Assembly (NCBI GenBank): GCA_016193465.1
Contig: JACPSE010000186.1
Coordinates: 6,593 to 70,592 of the forward strand
From: Deltaproteobacteria bacterium
Lineage (GTDB): Bacteria > Desulfobacterota > Binatia > UBA9968
Reading direction: 5' to 3'
DNA: 64,000 bases
The notes under the pieces are model-generated. The model ran no database searches, was not told the DNA's origin, and saw only the letters and a list, made by a program, of their open reading frames with translations. Shown here one piece after another: positions 18,489 to 29,052 of this stretch. Position numbers and translations under genes: made by a program. Numbering within the stretch: the stretch's first letter is position 1; each line of letters begins with the position of its first letter.

Positions 18489-19685
18489 TCAATCCATCTG
18501 CTTCCTCAAAAACGTCGGGATGTCGAACTTATCCTCGTCGTCCTGACTGAACTGCATCCCTACCTTGTCGGTTGTCACGGTCTCCACTTCGCCAGTGTCT
18601 TGTCTTTTACGCTGCCAGGTAGGAGAGTCCAGGTCGTCCACGATGGTGCCAAGGTGGACCACCTTCTTCGCTTTAGTGTCCTTATTGCCGTTGTAAGTGA
18701 CGGCGCTAAGCACAGGCTTTCGCTCTTCCTTCTCGCCAAACCCGGTTGCAATAACGGTAATGCGGATCTCATCCTTCATCCGTTCATCGATCACTGCGCC
18801 GAAGATGATGTTGGCGTCCTCGTGGGCCTCCTCCTGGATCATCGTGGCCGCCTCGTTGACCTCATAGAGGCAAAGGTCCGGACCACCCGTAATGTTGATC
18901 AACACTCCCCTGGCGCCGTGGATCGAGATATCTTCCAGCAAGGGGCTTGATATCGCCTTCTGCGCCGCCTCCACGGCTCGATTCTCGCCAGAGGCACAGG
19001 CCGCGCCCATCAAGGCCAGTCCCATCTCGGCCATCACGGTGCGGACGTCGGCAAAATCGAGGTTGATCAGACCAGGAGTGATGATGAGATCAGAGATGCC
19101 GCGCACCGCCTGCAACAAGATATCATCTGCCTTCTGGAAGGCCTCGAGCATGGTGGTGGTTTTTGCCGCGATGCTGAGCAAGCGCTGATTGGGAATGACG
19201 ATCAGGGTATCCACGCTTTCTTTGAGCTCGCGAATCCCATCTTCGGCCTGCCGCATTCTCTTCTTGCCTTCAAAGACAAAAGGCTTCGTCACTACCCCGA
19301 CGGTGAGCGCTCCGATCTCGCGCGCAACCTTGGCGATAACCGGCGCCCCACCCGTGCCCGTTCCCCCGCCCATCCCAGCGGTGATGAAGATCATATCGGC
19401 GCTAGACAAAAACCCGCGGATCCTCTCCTGGTCCTCTAAGGCGGCACGCCTGCCGATCTCGGGGTTGGCCCCCGCGCCAAGTCCTTTCGTGATTTTCTCG
19501 CCGAGCTGGACCTTGACCGATGCCCGGTTTGCCTCGATGGCCTGGGCATCGGTATTAGCCGCGATGAAGTCCACGCCGGTGAGCTTGGCCGCAATCATGG
19601 TGTTGATGGCGTTGCATCCTCCCCCGCCGATTCCAATTACCTTGATCCGCGCTCCCAAATTAACGTGTTCTACGAGCTCAAACAT
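18489..19685 (-). CDS. ftsZ: cell division protein FtsZ
   Basis: GGGTGTG tubulin signature, [15 protein letters not shown]; an AAGGAGG SD. Confidence 0.97.
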   Translation of the reverse strand: MFELVEHVNLGARIKVIGIGGGGCNAINTMIAAKLTGVDFIAANTDAQAIEANRASVKVQLGEKITKGLGAGANPEIGRRAALEDQERIRGFLSSADMIFITAGMGGGTGTGGAPVIAKVAREIGALTVGVVTKPFVFEGKKRMRQAEDGIRELKESVDTLIVIPNQRLLSIAAKTTTMLEAFQKADDILLQAVRGISDLIITPGLINLDFADVRTVMAEMGLALMGAACASGENRAVEAAQKAISSPLLEDISIHGARGVLINITGGPDLCLYEVNEAATMIQEEAHEDANIIFGAVIDERMKDEIRITVIATGFGEKEERKPVLSAVTYNGNKDTKAKKVVHLGTIVDDLDSPTWQRKRQDTGEVETVTTDKVGMQFSQDDEDKFDIPTFLRKQMD

Positions 19686-19777
19686 ATGTTTTCCTCCTTT
19701 TTATTCGTGCTCGTGCTCGGATTTCGTGCTCGGTACGAACACGAGTCACGGACACGAGTAACGATAATTGTTCTCCG

Positions 19778-21010
19778 TTAGAAAAACTCATTGAACCAAT
19801 CGACCATGCGGGTTCTTACCTTGCCGAAGAGATTCTCCTCGCGTATGCGGAAAAAGTTTTTATCCTGCCGCTTCATGCCGTAAAGGACCAAGCCCACACC
19901 CGTAGCGTAAATCGGGCTGGAGACGACATCGATGAGCCCGCCTACCCGGGCCGGGACGCCGAGGCGAACCGGCATGCCAAAGACCCCTTCCGCCATCTCG
20001 ATCATACCGGGAAGCAGCGTCGAGCCACCGGTCATCACGATACCCGAGGCCAACGATCCTTCAAAACCTGACTTGGCAATTTCGCGACGAATGAGCTGAA
20101 AGATCTCTTCCAGACGAGGCTCGATAATTTCGCACAGGATCTGCCGCGAGATGGTCCGGGAATTTCTCCCGCCCACACTCGGCACTTCCACCCTCTCATC
20201 CTTTGTAACCATCGAGGTACGGGCATATCCATAGCGCTGCTTGATGCGCTCGGCCTCGCTGATCGGGGTGCGCAATCCCGCAGCGATGTCGGCGGTCAGG
20301 TGATTTCCCCCGATGGCCAGAACCGCGGTGTGCTTCACCGCCCCATCGTGGAACAGAGCAATATCGGTAGTGCCTCCACCCATGTCTATTAGGGCAACGC
20401 CCAGTTCTTGCTCCTCTGGAGTCAAAACCGCCTCAGCCGAGGCTAGCGGCTCCAACGCCATATCCGCGACATTGAGCCCCGTGCGATTGCAGCACTTGAT
20501 AATGTTCTGCGCTGAAGTAACTGCTCCAGTTACGATGTGCACCTTGGCCTCCAGCCGCACACCGGACATCCCCAAGGGCTCTTTAATGCCGTCCTGATCA
20601 TCGATGACGTACTCTTGGGGAAGGATGTGGAGCACCTCCCGATCCATGGGGATTGCAACCGCCTTGGCGGCGTCAATGACTCGCTCGATGTCTCGCTGCG
20701 TCACCTCCTTATTCTTCACCGCCACGATGCCGTGGCTGTTAAACCCCTTGATGTGCCCTCCGGCAATACCCGTAAAGACCGAGTTGATCTCACATCCGGC
20801 CATGAGCTCGGCCTCCTCCACGGCCTTCTTGATGGAATCCACCGTGCTCTCGATATTGATAACCACTCCCTTGCGCAATCCTTGTGAGGCATGGGAGCCC
20901 ACCCCGACGATCTCCATGCCGCGCTCGGTCATCTCCCCAACGACCGCACAGACCTTGGACGTCCCGATATCCAGTCCCACGATCAGACTATTTTTGTTCT
21001 TCTTGGCCAT
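19778..21010 (-). CDS. ftsA: cell division protein FtsA
   Basis: Actin-like ATPase: LIVGLDIGTSKVCAVVGE...; 410 aa. Confidence 0.95.
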   Translation of the reverse strand: MAKKNKNSLIVGLDIGTSKVCAVVGEMTERGMEIVGVGSHASQGLRKGVVINIESTVDSIKKAVEEAELMAGCEINSVFTGIAGGHIKGFNSHGIVAVKNKEVTQRDIERVIDAAKAVAIPMDREVLHILPQEYVIDDQDGIKEPLGMSGVRLEAKVHIVTGAVTSAQNIIKCCNRTGLNVADMALEPLASAEAVLTPEEQELGVALIDMGGGTTDIALFHDGAVKHTAVLAIGGNHLTADIAAGLRTPISEAERIKQRYGYARTSMVTKDERVEVPSVGGRNSRTISRQILCEIIEPRLEEIFQLIRREIAKSGFEGSLASGIVMTGGSTLLPGMIEMAEGVFGMPVRLGVPARVGGLIDVVSSPIYATGVGLVLYGMKRQDKNFFRIREENLFGKVRTRMVDWFNEFF

Positions 21011-21037
21011 AACTCCCGTTTTGAACCTTTGAACCCT

Positions 21038-21895
21038 TTAACCCTTCAACTTCCCGCTGTTTCGTATTTTTGCTACCACCTGATCACGGAAGCTTAAGTC
21101 CAGAGATGCGAGTTGGGCCTCCTTGCCCTTCCACATAGAAAGGACTCGCTCCGCCCGCTGCAGCTTCCCCTGCCAGTCTCCCCAACCCATCCGAAGGGCG
21201 ACGCGATAGCCTATCGGGTAAAGGATCACTCCACCCTGTGGAGGGAAATGAATTTCAGAAAGGGAAAGAGACCCTCTCGCCATCAGTTCGCCAAGCTTCA
21301 GCGCCTCGCGGATCTTCTGCCGCGTAGCGTGAGCGTGGGATGCCAGATCGGCTTGCTGCAATCCTGTGAGCAGCGGAAAGTCCGTCTTTTCCCCTTCCGC
21401 AACTTCTTTAAAGACGAATCCTTCTGGATCGACGTAATAGAGCTTTCCCAGCACGACAATTCCCTTAGCCTGCCGCTCCTCAACCTCGATCACTACCCGA
21501 CGGGGCAAGTCCCGTCTCACTAAGACTCGCTTGACCCAGGGATGTTTTCCTACCTTTCTCTCTATAGTTTCCGGATCGATCTTCCAGATGTTCATCCCGT
21601 AACTCATTCCCGCCATGCCTACGATCTCGCTTCCTCCTACCTTCTCTCCGCCTTTCACTTGGATCGCCTCCACAGAAAAATAGGCATTGTCGAGGAGCCG
21701 ATCGCGCAGATGACTTCCCTGGCGCATCAGATGAGGCCAGCCTAGATAGAAGGCCAAGGCCGCAGAGAAAAAAACCAAGACCGCGGCCCAGGGAAGAAAG
21801 TTCGGCGGACTACCGGCCCCTTCCTTTTTTTTGTTCCCCCTGAAGCGACGAAAAATACCCATACCCTCTAATGACCGGCGTCGCTCAACGGCCAC
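21038..21895 (-). CDS. ftsQ: cell division protein FtsQ (POTRA)
   Basis: TM segment followed by POTRA and FtsQ domains. Position is in the dcw cluster. The start may be the internal Met at ~21862. Confidence 0.75.
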   Translation of the reverse strand: MAVERRRSLEGMGIFRRFRGNKKKEGAGSPPNFLPWAAVLVFFSAALAFYLGWPHLMRQGSHLRDRLLDNAYFSVEAIQVKGGEKVGGSEIVGMAGMSYGMNIWKIDPETIERKVGKHPWVKRVLVRRDLPRRVVIEVEERQAKGIVVLGKLYYVDPEGFVFKEVAEGEKTDFPLLTGLQQADLASHAHATRQKIREALKLGELMARGSLSLSEIHFPPQGGVILYPIGYRVALRMGWGDWQGKLQRAERVLSMWKGKEAQLASLDLSFRDQVVAKIRNSGKLKG

Positions 21896-22830
21896 GCCCC
21901 TAACAATCGGACCTCGGGCTGCAGCTCGATGCTGAATCGTTTTTTAACTTCTGCCCGAGCCATCTCCATCAGGCGGCGGACATCCTCGGCCTTTGCCCCG
22001 CCGAGGTTCACAATAAAGTTCGCGTGGCGCTCAGAGATCTCGGCCCTGCCGATTCTTTTTCCCTTGAGCCCCGCTGCTTCGATCAACCGACCGGCAAAAT
22101 CGCCTGGCGGATTTCTAAACATCGACCCCGAGTTGGGATGTCCCGACGGCTGGCTTTTTTTTCTCCGGGTCACTAACTCACGCACCTTCAGTCCCACTTC
22201 TTCCGTCTTGTCCTTCAAAAGCCGCACGCACACCCGAGTCACCAGGGTCCCCGGCGGCAGGTGAGAGTCACGGTAGGAAAAAACCATTTTATCTCTGCTA
22301 AATTGCACTGGCTCTCCTCTTTGGGTAACACCTTCGACTCGAACCACTATCTTTTCTATCTCAGAGCCGTAGGCGCCCGCGTTCATCACCAGCGCCCCGC
22401 CGACGCTCCCCGGAATCCCCTCGGCGAATTCCAGCCCGCTGTACCCCTTGCGCATTGCCTCACGTACTAACTGCGTTACCGGGTAAGCGGCGCCCGCCGT
22501 CACCAGCGCCTCCCCGCCTTTTTCCAGCCACTCGATTTGCTTGAACTCGATTCCTAAACGGATCACAGCCCCCCGCGCTCCCAAATCGCTCACCAAGATA
22601 TTGCTCCCTTTGCCCAGGATGCAGAACGGAATCTCATAGCGGTCAAGAAGCTTTAATACCCGGGGCAAAGCGGCGCAACGTTCCACTTCGAGAAAATAGT
22701 CGGCTGGACCGCCAATCTTGATCGAGGTGTGGCGCGCGAGCGGCTCCCCAACTCGGACCTTCAAGCCCGGGATCTGCTTCAGCTCTTGGACAAACGGCGT
22801 GTCGCCCTCCTCTTTTCTCATCGGAACCAT
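21868..22830 (-). CDS. murB: UDP-N-acetylenolpyruvoylglucosamine reductase
   Basis: LKVRVGEPLARHTSIKIGGPADYF...ILGKGSNILV. The start is uncertain (22821/22830/22896). The leader carries CGAGCACGAA motifs. Confidence 0.85.
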   Translation of the reverse strand: MVPMRKEEGDTPFVQELKQIPGLKVRVGEPLARHTSIKIGGPADYFLEVERCAALPRVLKLLDRYEIPFCILGKGSNILVSDLGARGAVIRLGIEFKQIEWLEKGGEALVTAGAAYPVTQLVREAMRKGYSGLEFAEGIPGSVGGALVMNAGAYGSEIEKIVVRVEGVTQRGEPVQFSRDKMVFSYRDSHLPPGTLVTRVCVRLLKDKTEEVGLKVRELVTRRKKSQPSGHPNSGSMFRNPPGDFAGRLIEAAGLKGKRIGRAEISERHANFIVNLGGAKAEDVRRLMEMARAEVKKRFSIELQPEVRLLGAWPLSDAGH

Positions 22831-22921
22831 CAGTTTCGTGCTCGCGGCTCGTGTTCGTGCTCGCTGAAGCTCAGAGAAACAGGAATTTCCGAGCACGAGA
22901 GACGAACACGATCACGTCCTT

Positions 22922-24295
22922 TCATTTCCCCAGCGCCTCCACCAGCTCTTCTCCCACTTTGTATACGTCCCCCGCCCCGAGAGTGAGAACGATATCTCCG
23001 GGCCTGAGTTTGGAAAGGAGCTGTTTTACGACCTCGCTCCGCTCCGCGATAAACTCGGCCTCCAGATGGCCCCGGCGCTTGACCGCCTGATAGAGCGCCT
23101 CTCCGGTGATGCCCGGCATAGGCTCCTCTCCCGCCGGGTAGATCTCCGTGAGCACCAGCCGATCCGCGCCGTCAAAGGCGGCGAGAAAGTCGTCGAACAG
23201 ATCCCTGGTGCGGCTGTAACGGTGCGGTTGGAAAACAACGGTAAGGGACCGTCTCCAGCCATCACGGATCGCTTGGATGGTCGCCTGGATCTCCACAGGA
23301 TGATGCCCGTAATCGTCAATCACCATGATTCCTTTTGCCTCGCCCTTAAGCTCGAATCGGCGGTGAATACCGCTAAAGGACTCCAACGCCTCCGCCACAA
23401 GGGCGAAGGGGATCTCCAGCTCTTGGGCCACGGCCACTGCAGCCAGGGCGTTCGTGGCGCTGTGGCGACCGGGCAGGTGAAGCCTGAGTTTCCCCATGTG
23501 CGTCGAGCGATGCATCACGGAAAATTGAACCCCCATAGCCTCGGTTTGCAGATCCCGGGCGCAAAAATCGGCCTCCGGCGACAAACCGTAGGTAACGAAA
23601 CGCTTTTTGACTTTCGGGATGAGACCCCGCACGTTCGAATGATCCAGACACAAGACCGCCAGACCATAGAAGGGCACTTTGTTGATGAACGTGAGAAAAC
23701 TCTCGTTCAGGCGATCCATCGTCTGATAGAAATCCATATGCTCGCGGTCGATGTTGGTAACCACGGCGATCGTGGGCGAAAGCAGTAAAAAGGTGCCGTC
23801 GCTCTCATCGGCCTCAGCCACAAGAATCTGCCCCTGGCCCAATTTCGCGTTGCTTTCCAGCGACCTCACCCGACCGCCGATCACCATCGTGGGATCCCGT
23901 CCAGCAGCGCTCAGAACAGCGGCGACCATCGACGTGGTTGTAGTCTTGCCGTGACTGCCCGCGACGGCCACGCCGTACTTCATGCGCATCAGCTCCGCGA
24001 GCATCTCCGCCCGCGGGATCACAGGGATATTGCGCCTGCGGGCTTCCAATACTTCGGGGTTGGAAAACTTTACCGCCGTCGAGATCACTACCACCGAGGG
24101 GTCGCCGGAGAGATTCGCTTCTTTATGACCCATAAAAATCTGCGCCCCTAAGGATTGAAGCCTTTGGATGACCTCGCTCTCCCGCAGATCGGACCCGGTA
24201 ACCGAGTAGCCCAAGTTCAACAGCACCTCCGCGATTCCGCTCATGCCGATTCCACCGACCCCGACAAAGTGGACCCGGTGTTTTTTCTCAAGCAT
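22922..24295 (-). CDS. murC: UDP-N-acetylmuramate--L-alanine ligase
   Basis: [18 protein letters not shown]...[11 protein letters not shown]. Confidence 0.95.
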   Translation of the reverse strand: MLEKKHRVHFVGVGGIGMSGIAEVLLNLGYSVTGSDLRESEVIQRLQSLGAQIFMGHKEANLSGDPSVVVISTAVKFSNPEVLEARRRNIPVIPRAEMLAELMRMKYGVAVAGSHGKTTTTSMVAAVLSAAGRDPTMVIGGRVRSLESNAKLGQGQILVAEADESDGTFLLLSPTIAVVTNIDREHMDFYQTMDRLNESFLTFINKVPFYGLAVLCLDHSNVRGLIPKVKKRFVTYGLSPEADFCARDLQTEAMGVQFSVMHRSTHMGKLRLHLPGRHSATNALAAVAVAQELEIPFALVAEALESFSGIHRRFELKGEAKGIMVIDDYGHHPVEIQATIQAIRDGWRRSLTVVFQPHRYSRTRDLFDDFLAAFDGADRLVLTEIYPAGEEPMPGITGEALYQAVKRRGHLEAEFIAERSEVVKQLLSKLRPGDIVLTLGAGDVYKVGEELVEALGK

Positions 24296-24341
24296 GGTTC
24301 AAAACAATAGGCAGCAGGCAATAGAAAATTCGTTTATCGCC

Positions 24342-25430
24342 TCACGCCTCTCGCCTTCCGCCTTCCGCCTTCAAAAGGGCATAACACTCATCAACGATTC
24401 TTTTTGCCGCCTCCGGTTTCCCCAGTTTTCGGGCCGCCATGCCTATGGCCTCAAGCCGCTTGCGATCCAGATAGAGGGCCCGAATCCGTTCAGCCAGTTT
24501 TTCCCCAGTTAATTCCCGGTCGAGAATCATCTCTGCCGCCCCTTGATCTTGGAGCACCTGGGCATGGAAGCGCTGGTGGTCATAGGCGGCGTAAGGATAG
24601 GGGACCAAAATCGCGGCTTTCCCAAAAACCGTCAGCTCCGAGACGGTGCCTGCGCCGGCGCGGCAAAGCACAAGGTCCGCCCGCGCATAGGCCTCATCCA
24701 TCCGCTCCACGAATGGCAGGACATCCGCCTCGAACGGAAGCGAGCCATAGGCTTCCTTGATCGCGGCAAAATCCGCCTGTCCAGTCTGGTGCATCACGCG
24801 CAGCCCTGTCGTCAAGTCTCTAAGGCTTTGCAGGGCCTCGATTACGCAGAGGTTGATTTTGTGCGCGCCCGCGCTGCCGCCGAAGACGAGCAGGGTGAAC
24901 TTTTCACTCTTCGCGATCTCGGGAAGGGCCTGCCAGCGCACTGGATTTCCCGCAGTTATGACCCTGGCGCGAGGAAAATAGGGAGCGCTTTCTTCATAAG
25001 AGGTGAAGACACGATCCGCCAGACAGCTCAAGATCCGATTGGTGAAACCGGGACGCAGATTCTGCTCCATAATGGCGCAGCGAATCCCCTTCGATTTGCC
25101 CGCAAGGAGAAAGGGGCCGGACGCATAACCTCCTAAACCGATGATGCAATCGGGCCGAAAGCGGGCGATGATCCCAAGGGAACGGAAAAAGCTAACGGGA
25201 ATACCGTAGAGGGCCTGCAGGGAACCACGCAGCCCTCTTCCCTTGAGGCCCCGGATCGGGATGGTCGCCAAGGGAAACCCTTCCCGGGGAAGGATCCGGC
25301 TTTCGATTCCCAGTTCGGTGCCGACGAACAGTATCTCCGTCATTCGATCTCTTCTCCGAAACTCACGCGCCACAGCCAGCCCGGGGAAGAGGTGGCCGCC
25401 TGTTCCCCCGCCGGCCATGATCAGCCGCAT
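24342..25430 (-). CDS. murG: UDP-GlcNAc--MurNAc-pentapeptide GlcNAc transferase
   Basis: MRLIMAGGGTGGHLFPGLAVA. The start is set at the internal Met (25430), 2 nt after the ftsW stop; the 25622 ORF extension is spurious. Confidence 0.9.
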   Translation of the reverse strand: MRLIMAGGGTGGHLFPGLAVAREFRRRDRMTEILFVGTELGIESRILPREGFPLATIPIRGLKGRGLRGSLQALYGIPVSFFRSLGIIARFRPDCIIGLGGYASGPFLLAGKSKGIRCAIMEQNLRPGFTNRILSCLADRVFTSYEESAPYFPRARVITAGNPVRWQALPEIAKSEKFTLLVFGGSAGAHKINLCVIEALQSLRDLTTGLRVMHQTGQADFAAIKEAYGSLPFEADVLPFVERMDEAYARADLVLCRAGAGTVSELTVFGKAAILVPYPYAAYDHQRFHAQVLQDQGAAEMILDRELTGEKLAERIRALYLDRKRLEAIGMAARKLGKPEAAKRIVDECYALLKAEGGRREA

Positions 25431-25432
25431 TT

Positions 25433-26527
25433 TTACATTCTCCCGCGCGACAGGCTGAGCAGTATCCCCGCGCATGTCAGGTTCATCACCATGGCTGAAC
25501 CTCCATAGCTGATAAACGGGAGCACCAGCCCCTTGGTGGGCATCAAGCCCATGACCACCCCCATATGGATCAGTGCTTGAAGTCCCAGCAGGATCGTCAA
25601 TCCAAAGGCCAGGTATTGACAAAAGGGTTCATCGATTCTCGATACCAGACGGAATCCCCGCACGACGACCACGCCGAAAAGCGCTAACACGGCAACGGCT
25701 CCCAACAGACCCAACTCTTCGCCGATAACAGAGAAGATAAAATCCGTGTGGGCCTCCGGCAGGTAAAAAAGCTTCTGGCGGCTCTCCCCCAGACCGCGAC
25801 CCCATAGTTGGCCGGAGCCGAACGCGATATAAGACTGGATAATCTGGAAGCCCGTACTCGAGGCATCCCGCCAGGGGTCCAGAAAAATAAGCAGGCGCCG
25901 CAGACGGTACTCGGCGCCGACCACCGCAAGCGCCACAGCCGGCAGGGCCATCAGACCGATCACAGCCAGGTGGGAGAACTTGGCGCCGCCGACGAAGAGC
26001 ATGAGAACGAGAAGCATGCCGAGAATGAGAGTTGTCCCCAGATCGGGCTCCAGCATGACGAGTCCCAAAAAGAGGCCGCCGATAATCAGGTGCGGCAGGA
26101 GTCCCATGGCGAAGGTTTGGACCTTTTCCCCTTTCTTCGCCAGAGAGTGGGCCAGGTAGAGCACAAGAGAGATCTTTGCGAGCTCCGCGGGCTGAAAGGC
26201 GAACCCTCCCAAGGGCAACCAACGTCTGGCGCCGCCGCGCGACAAACCAATCCCAGGAACTAGAACCAGTATCAACACAAAAAGAGTCAGGGCCAGAAGG
26301 GGATAGGCAAAGCGACGGTAAGAGGCAGGGGGGAGCAGCGCGGCAACGACGAGAGTGGCCAGTCCCGCCCCTGCTGCGGTGAGCTGTTTACGGAAAAAAT
26401 AGGTCCCATCGGAGAAGCGCTCCTGCGAATAAAGATAACTGGTGCTAAGCACCATCGTGATCCCCACCGCCAACAGCGCGGCCACGGCGAAGAAGAGCCA
26501 TCCATCTACCGCAATACCTTCTCTCAT
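25433..26527 (-). CDS. ftsW: peptidoglycan glycosyltransferase FtsW (SEDS family)
   Basis: Ten-TM SEDS protein with a PxxE...FGSGQ-type conserved block (AFGSGQLWGRGLGES). Confidence 0.9.
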   Translation of the reverse strand: MREGIAVDGWLFFAVAALLAVGITMVLSTSYLYSQERFSDGTYFFRKQLTAAGAGLATLVVAALLPPASYRRFAYPLLALTLFVLILVLVPGIGLSRGGARRWLPLGGFAFQPAELAKISLVLYLAHSLAKKGEKVQTFAMGLLPHLIIGGLFLGLVMLEPDLGTTLILGMLLVLMLFVGGAKFSHLAVIGLMALPAVALAVVGAEYRLRRLLIFLDPWRDASSTGFQIIQSYIAFGSGQLWGRGLGESRQKLFYLPEAHTDFIFSVIGEELGLLGAVAVLALFGVVVVRGFRLVSRIDEPFCQYLAFGLTILLGLQALIHMGVVMGLMPTKGLVLPFISYGGSAMVMNLTCAGILLSLSRGRM

Positions 26528-27858
26528 AAACCTTGAACCAGCGTCTTAAAGACCTTTCCCCTTTCCGCGTAGTTCTGAAACATGTCAAAGCTCGAACAGG
26601 CGGGAGACAGAAGGACAACTTCTCCCGGGCGAGCGGTGCGATAGGCCTCTTGGACCGCGGCCTCGAGACTCTCCACCACTGCGGTATCGCTCAGGTGGCC
26701 CAATGCCGTTCGAATCTTTTCCTTCGCCATGCCAAAGAGAACGAGCTTCTTGACTTTACGCTTCACTTCGTCTTCCAATATCCGGTAATCCCCTCCCTTA
26801 TCGATCCCCCCAGCAATCAGAACTACTGGCGCGGAAAAGCTGGCCAGAGATTTTACCACCGCTCCCACATTGGTTCCTTTGGAGTCGTTATAAAATCGGA
26901 TGCCATCCTTTTCGCGCACGAATTCAAGACGGTGCTCAAGCCCGGGAAACTCTTCCATGACTCTTTGAATAACCTCTGCCGATACGTGGGCTGACTTCGC
27001 CGCTGCTATCGCGGCCATTAGGTTCTCCACATTGTGGACCCCTTGGATCTTAACCCGGGCAAGAGAGAAGCTCTCTTCCCGATTCTTCCCGCGCCAGATA
27101 ATCTCGCTGGATGTCGCATAGACCCCCTCGGGCACCTCCGCCCATCCAAAGGAGACCGGTCGCGAGCGGATCCGCTTCCTGATGGGCCACACCAAGGGAT
27201 CATCTCGATTAAGAACCGCGACGTCCGCGCCGGTCTGGGCATGAAAAATCCTCTCCTTGGCCTCGCAGTACGAGGCAAAGTCCGGATATCGATCCAGGTG
27301 ATCCTCGGTTAAGTTCAGCAGCACCGCGATCCCGGGACGGAACTGCTCGACCCACTCGAGCTGAAAACTGCTCACCTCCACCACCCCCCAGTTCCACTGG
27401 TCGCCAACAAAGCCAATCAACGGCGCGCCGATGTTTCCGCCCACAAAGACCTTGAGACCACTCGCTTCGAGCATCTCGCCCACGAGCGTGCTGGTCGTGC
27501 TCTTGCCGTTGGTCCCGGTAATGGCCACCAGAGGAGCCGTGAGAAACCGACAGGCTAACTCGATTTCACTGATAACCCCAATCCCTCTCTGCCGTGCGCC
27601 CCGAAGCAGAGGATTTCCTGCCGGGACACCCGGGCTAGCAACCAGCAGTTCCACCCCCTCTAGCCAGGCAGCCTCTTCTCCGCCTAGCAAGAAACGTACA
27701 GGAAGACCGGAGAGGGCTTCTGTCTCTCGTTTCAGTTCCGCTTCACTTCTACAATCACTCACCAAGACTTCCGCTCCTTTACGGACGAGAAACCGGGCCG
27801 TTTCGCTTCCCGTGCGTGCCAGGCCCAAAACCATGACCTTTTTTCCCTGTAGCTCCAT
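26524..27858 (-). CDS. murD: UDP-N-acetylmuramoylalanine--D-glutamate ligase
   Basis: MELQGKKVMVLGLARTG...ITGTNGKSTT. The start is taken at the Met matching the E. coli MurD N-terminus (27858). Confidence 0.9.
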   Translation of the reverse strand: MELQGKKVMVLGLARTGSETARFLVRKGAEVLVSDCRSEAELKRETEALSGLPVRFLLGGEEAAWLEGVELLVASPGVPAGNPLLRGARQRGIGVISEIELACRFLTAPLVAITGTNGKSTTSTLVGEMLEASGLKVFVGGNIGAPLIGFVGDQWNWGVVEVSSFQLEWVEQFRPGIAVLLNLTEDHLDRYPDFASYCEAKERIFHAQTGADVAVLNRDDPLVWPIRKRIRSRPVSFGWAEVPEGVYATSSEIIWRGKNREESFSLARVKIQGVHNVENLMAAIAAAKSAHVSAEVIQRVMEEFPGLEHRLEFVREKDGIRFYNDSKGTNVGAVVKSLASFSAPVVLIAGGIDKGGDYRILEDEVKRKVKKLVLFGMAKEKIRTALGHLSDTAVVESLEAAVQEAYRTARPGEVVLLSPACSSFDMFQNYAERGKVFKTLVQGL

Positions 27859-27972
27859 CTTTCCGGTCGGCAACTCAGAAAAAAAGTTCAAGTCGTTAAC
27901 CCTTTGAACGGCTTGAACGTTTTGAACATCTCTTGCTGCCTCCTGCATACTGCTTTCTGCCTTCTCTCCGTT

Positions 27973-29049
27973 TCATCTCAGCTTCAGCGTGCTCAGTGCG
28001 AGCAGCGAGCAAATAATCGAAATGATCCAAAAACGAACGATGATCTGAGGCTCCGGCCATCCTTTGAGCTCGTAGTGGTGGTGGATCGGGGCCATGAGAA
28101 AGACCCTCTTGCGCCTGAGCTTGTAAGAGGCGACCTGAAAAATCACTGAGAGCGCTTCCAGGACAAAGACCCCGCCGACGATAACCAGGAGAATCTCATT
28201 CTTGGTCATGACCGCTACGACGCCCAAGGCCGCGCCTAGCGCTAAAGAGCCGACATCCCCCATGAACATCTGAGCCGGGTAGGTGTTGAACCAGAGAAAT
28301 CCCAGACCCGAGGCAACGATGGCCGCACAGAACACCGTCAGCTCGCCCACGCCCGCGACATAAGGGATCTGGAGATAATCGGCGAACTTGAGATGGCCGG
28401 TCACATAGGTCACAAAGGCGTAAGTCCCGGCGGCGGTCATTACCGGCCCGATCGCGAGACCGTCAAGGCCGTCAGTCAAGTTGACGGCATTCGACGCGCC
28501 CACGATCACCAGCATGGCGAACGGGATATACCAGAGGCCCAGGTCGGGACGGATGTTCTTGAAGAAGGGGAATCCGAGGACACCACTGAAACCGGGTTGT
28601 TTATAAAGGATAAGAAGCGCCACCAAAGAAACGGCCATCTGGGAAAGGAACTTGGCCCGGGCGGTAAGCCCGCGGCTAGTCTTGCGCCTGAGCTTTAAGG
28701 AATCGTCAATGAAGCCTATGACGGCGAAACCCGCGGTCACAAAAAGAGCGATCGTGATATAGAGGTTCATGATGTCAGCGAGGAGCACAGTCGAGAGAAC
28801 GAGGGCGAGAATAATGAGCGTGCCTCCCATCGTCGGAGTGCCAGCCTTGGCCGCATGGCTAGCCGGACCATCTTCGCGGATGGGCTGGCCCATCTGCGTG
28901 GCTGCCAGGGAGCGAATCAGGTAGGGGCCCAAAAGGAAAGAGATCAGCAGCGCCATCAGCGCGGCCAACGCCGCGCGAAAGGTAATGTAGCGGAAGACGT
29001 TAAAGGCCGAGTAGGTCGTGTGCAGGGGATAAAGTATATAGTAAAGCAA
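27973..29049 (-). CDS. mraY: phospho-N-acetylmuramoyl-pentapeptide-transferase
   Basis: 358-aa polytopic membrane protein with MraY signature blocks (DDxxD-like, [13 protein letters not shown]). Confidence 0.95.
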   Translation of the reverse strand: MLYYILYPLHTTYSAFNVFRYITFRAALAALMALLISFLLGPYLIRSLAATQMGQPIREDGPASHAAKAGTPTMGGTLIILALVLSTVLLADIMNLYITIALFVTAGFAVIGFIDDSLKLRRKTSRGLTARAKFLSQMAVSLVALLILYKQPGFSGVLGFPFFKNIRPDLGLWYIPFAMLVIVGASNAVNLTDGLDGLAIGPVMTAAGTYAFVTYVTGHLKFADYLQIPYVAGVGELTVFCAAIVASGLGFLWFNTYPAQMFMGDVGSLALGAALGVVAVMTKNEILLVIVGGVFVLEALSVIFQVASYKLRRKRVFLMAPIHHHYELKGWPEPQIIVRFWIISIICSLLALSTLKLR

Positions 29050-29052
29050 GGG

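Noticed and set aside
19700-19762. Possible CRISPR-like short repeat array (ttcgtgctcg units)
   Set aside because: Units are ~10 bp with no spacers of CRISPR size, only 3-4 copies, and no cas genes in the window. Treated as a leader hairpin motif instead.
25431-25622. N-terminal 64-aa extension of the murG ORF
   Set aside because: The extension overlaps the ftsW 3' end in another frame. The canonical MurG N-terminus MRLIMAGGGTGGH starts at the internal Met 2 nt after the ftsW stop.
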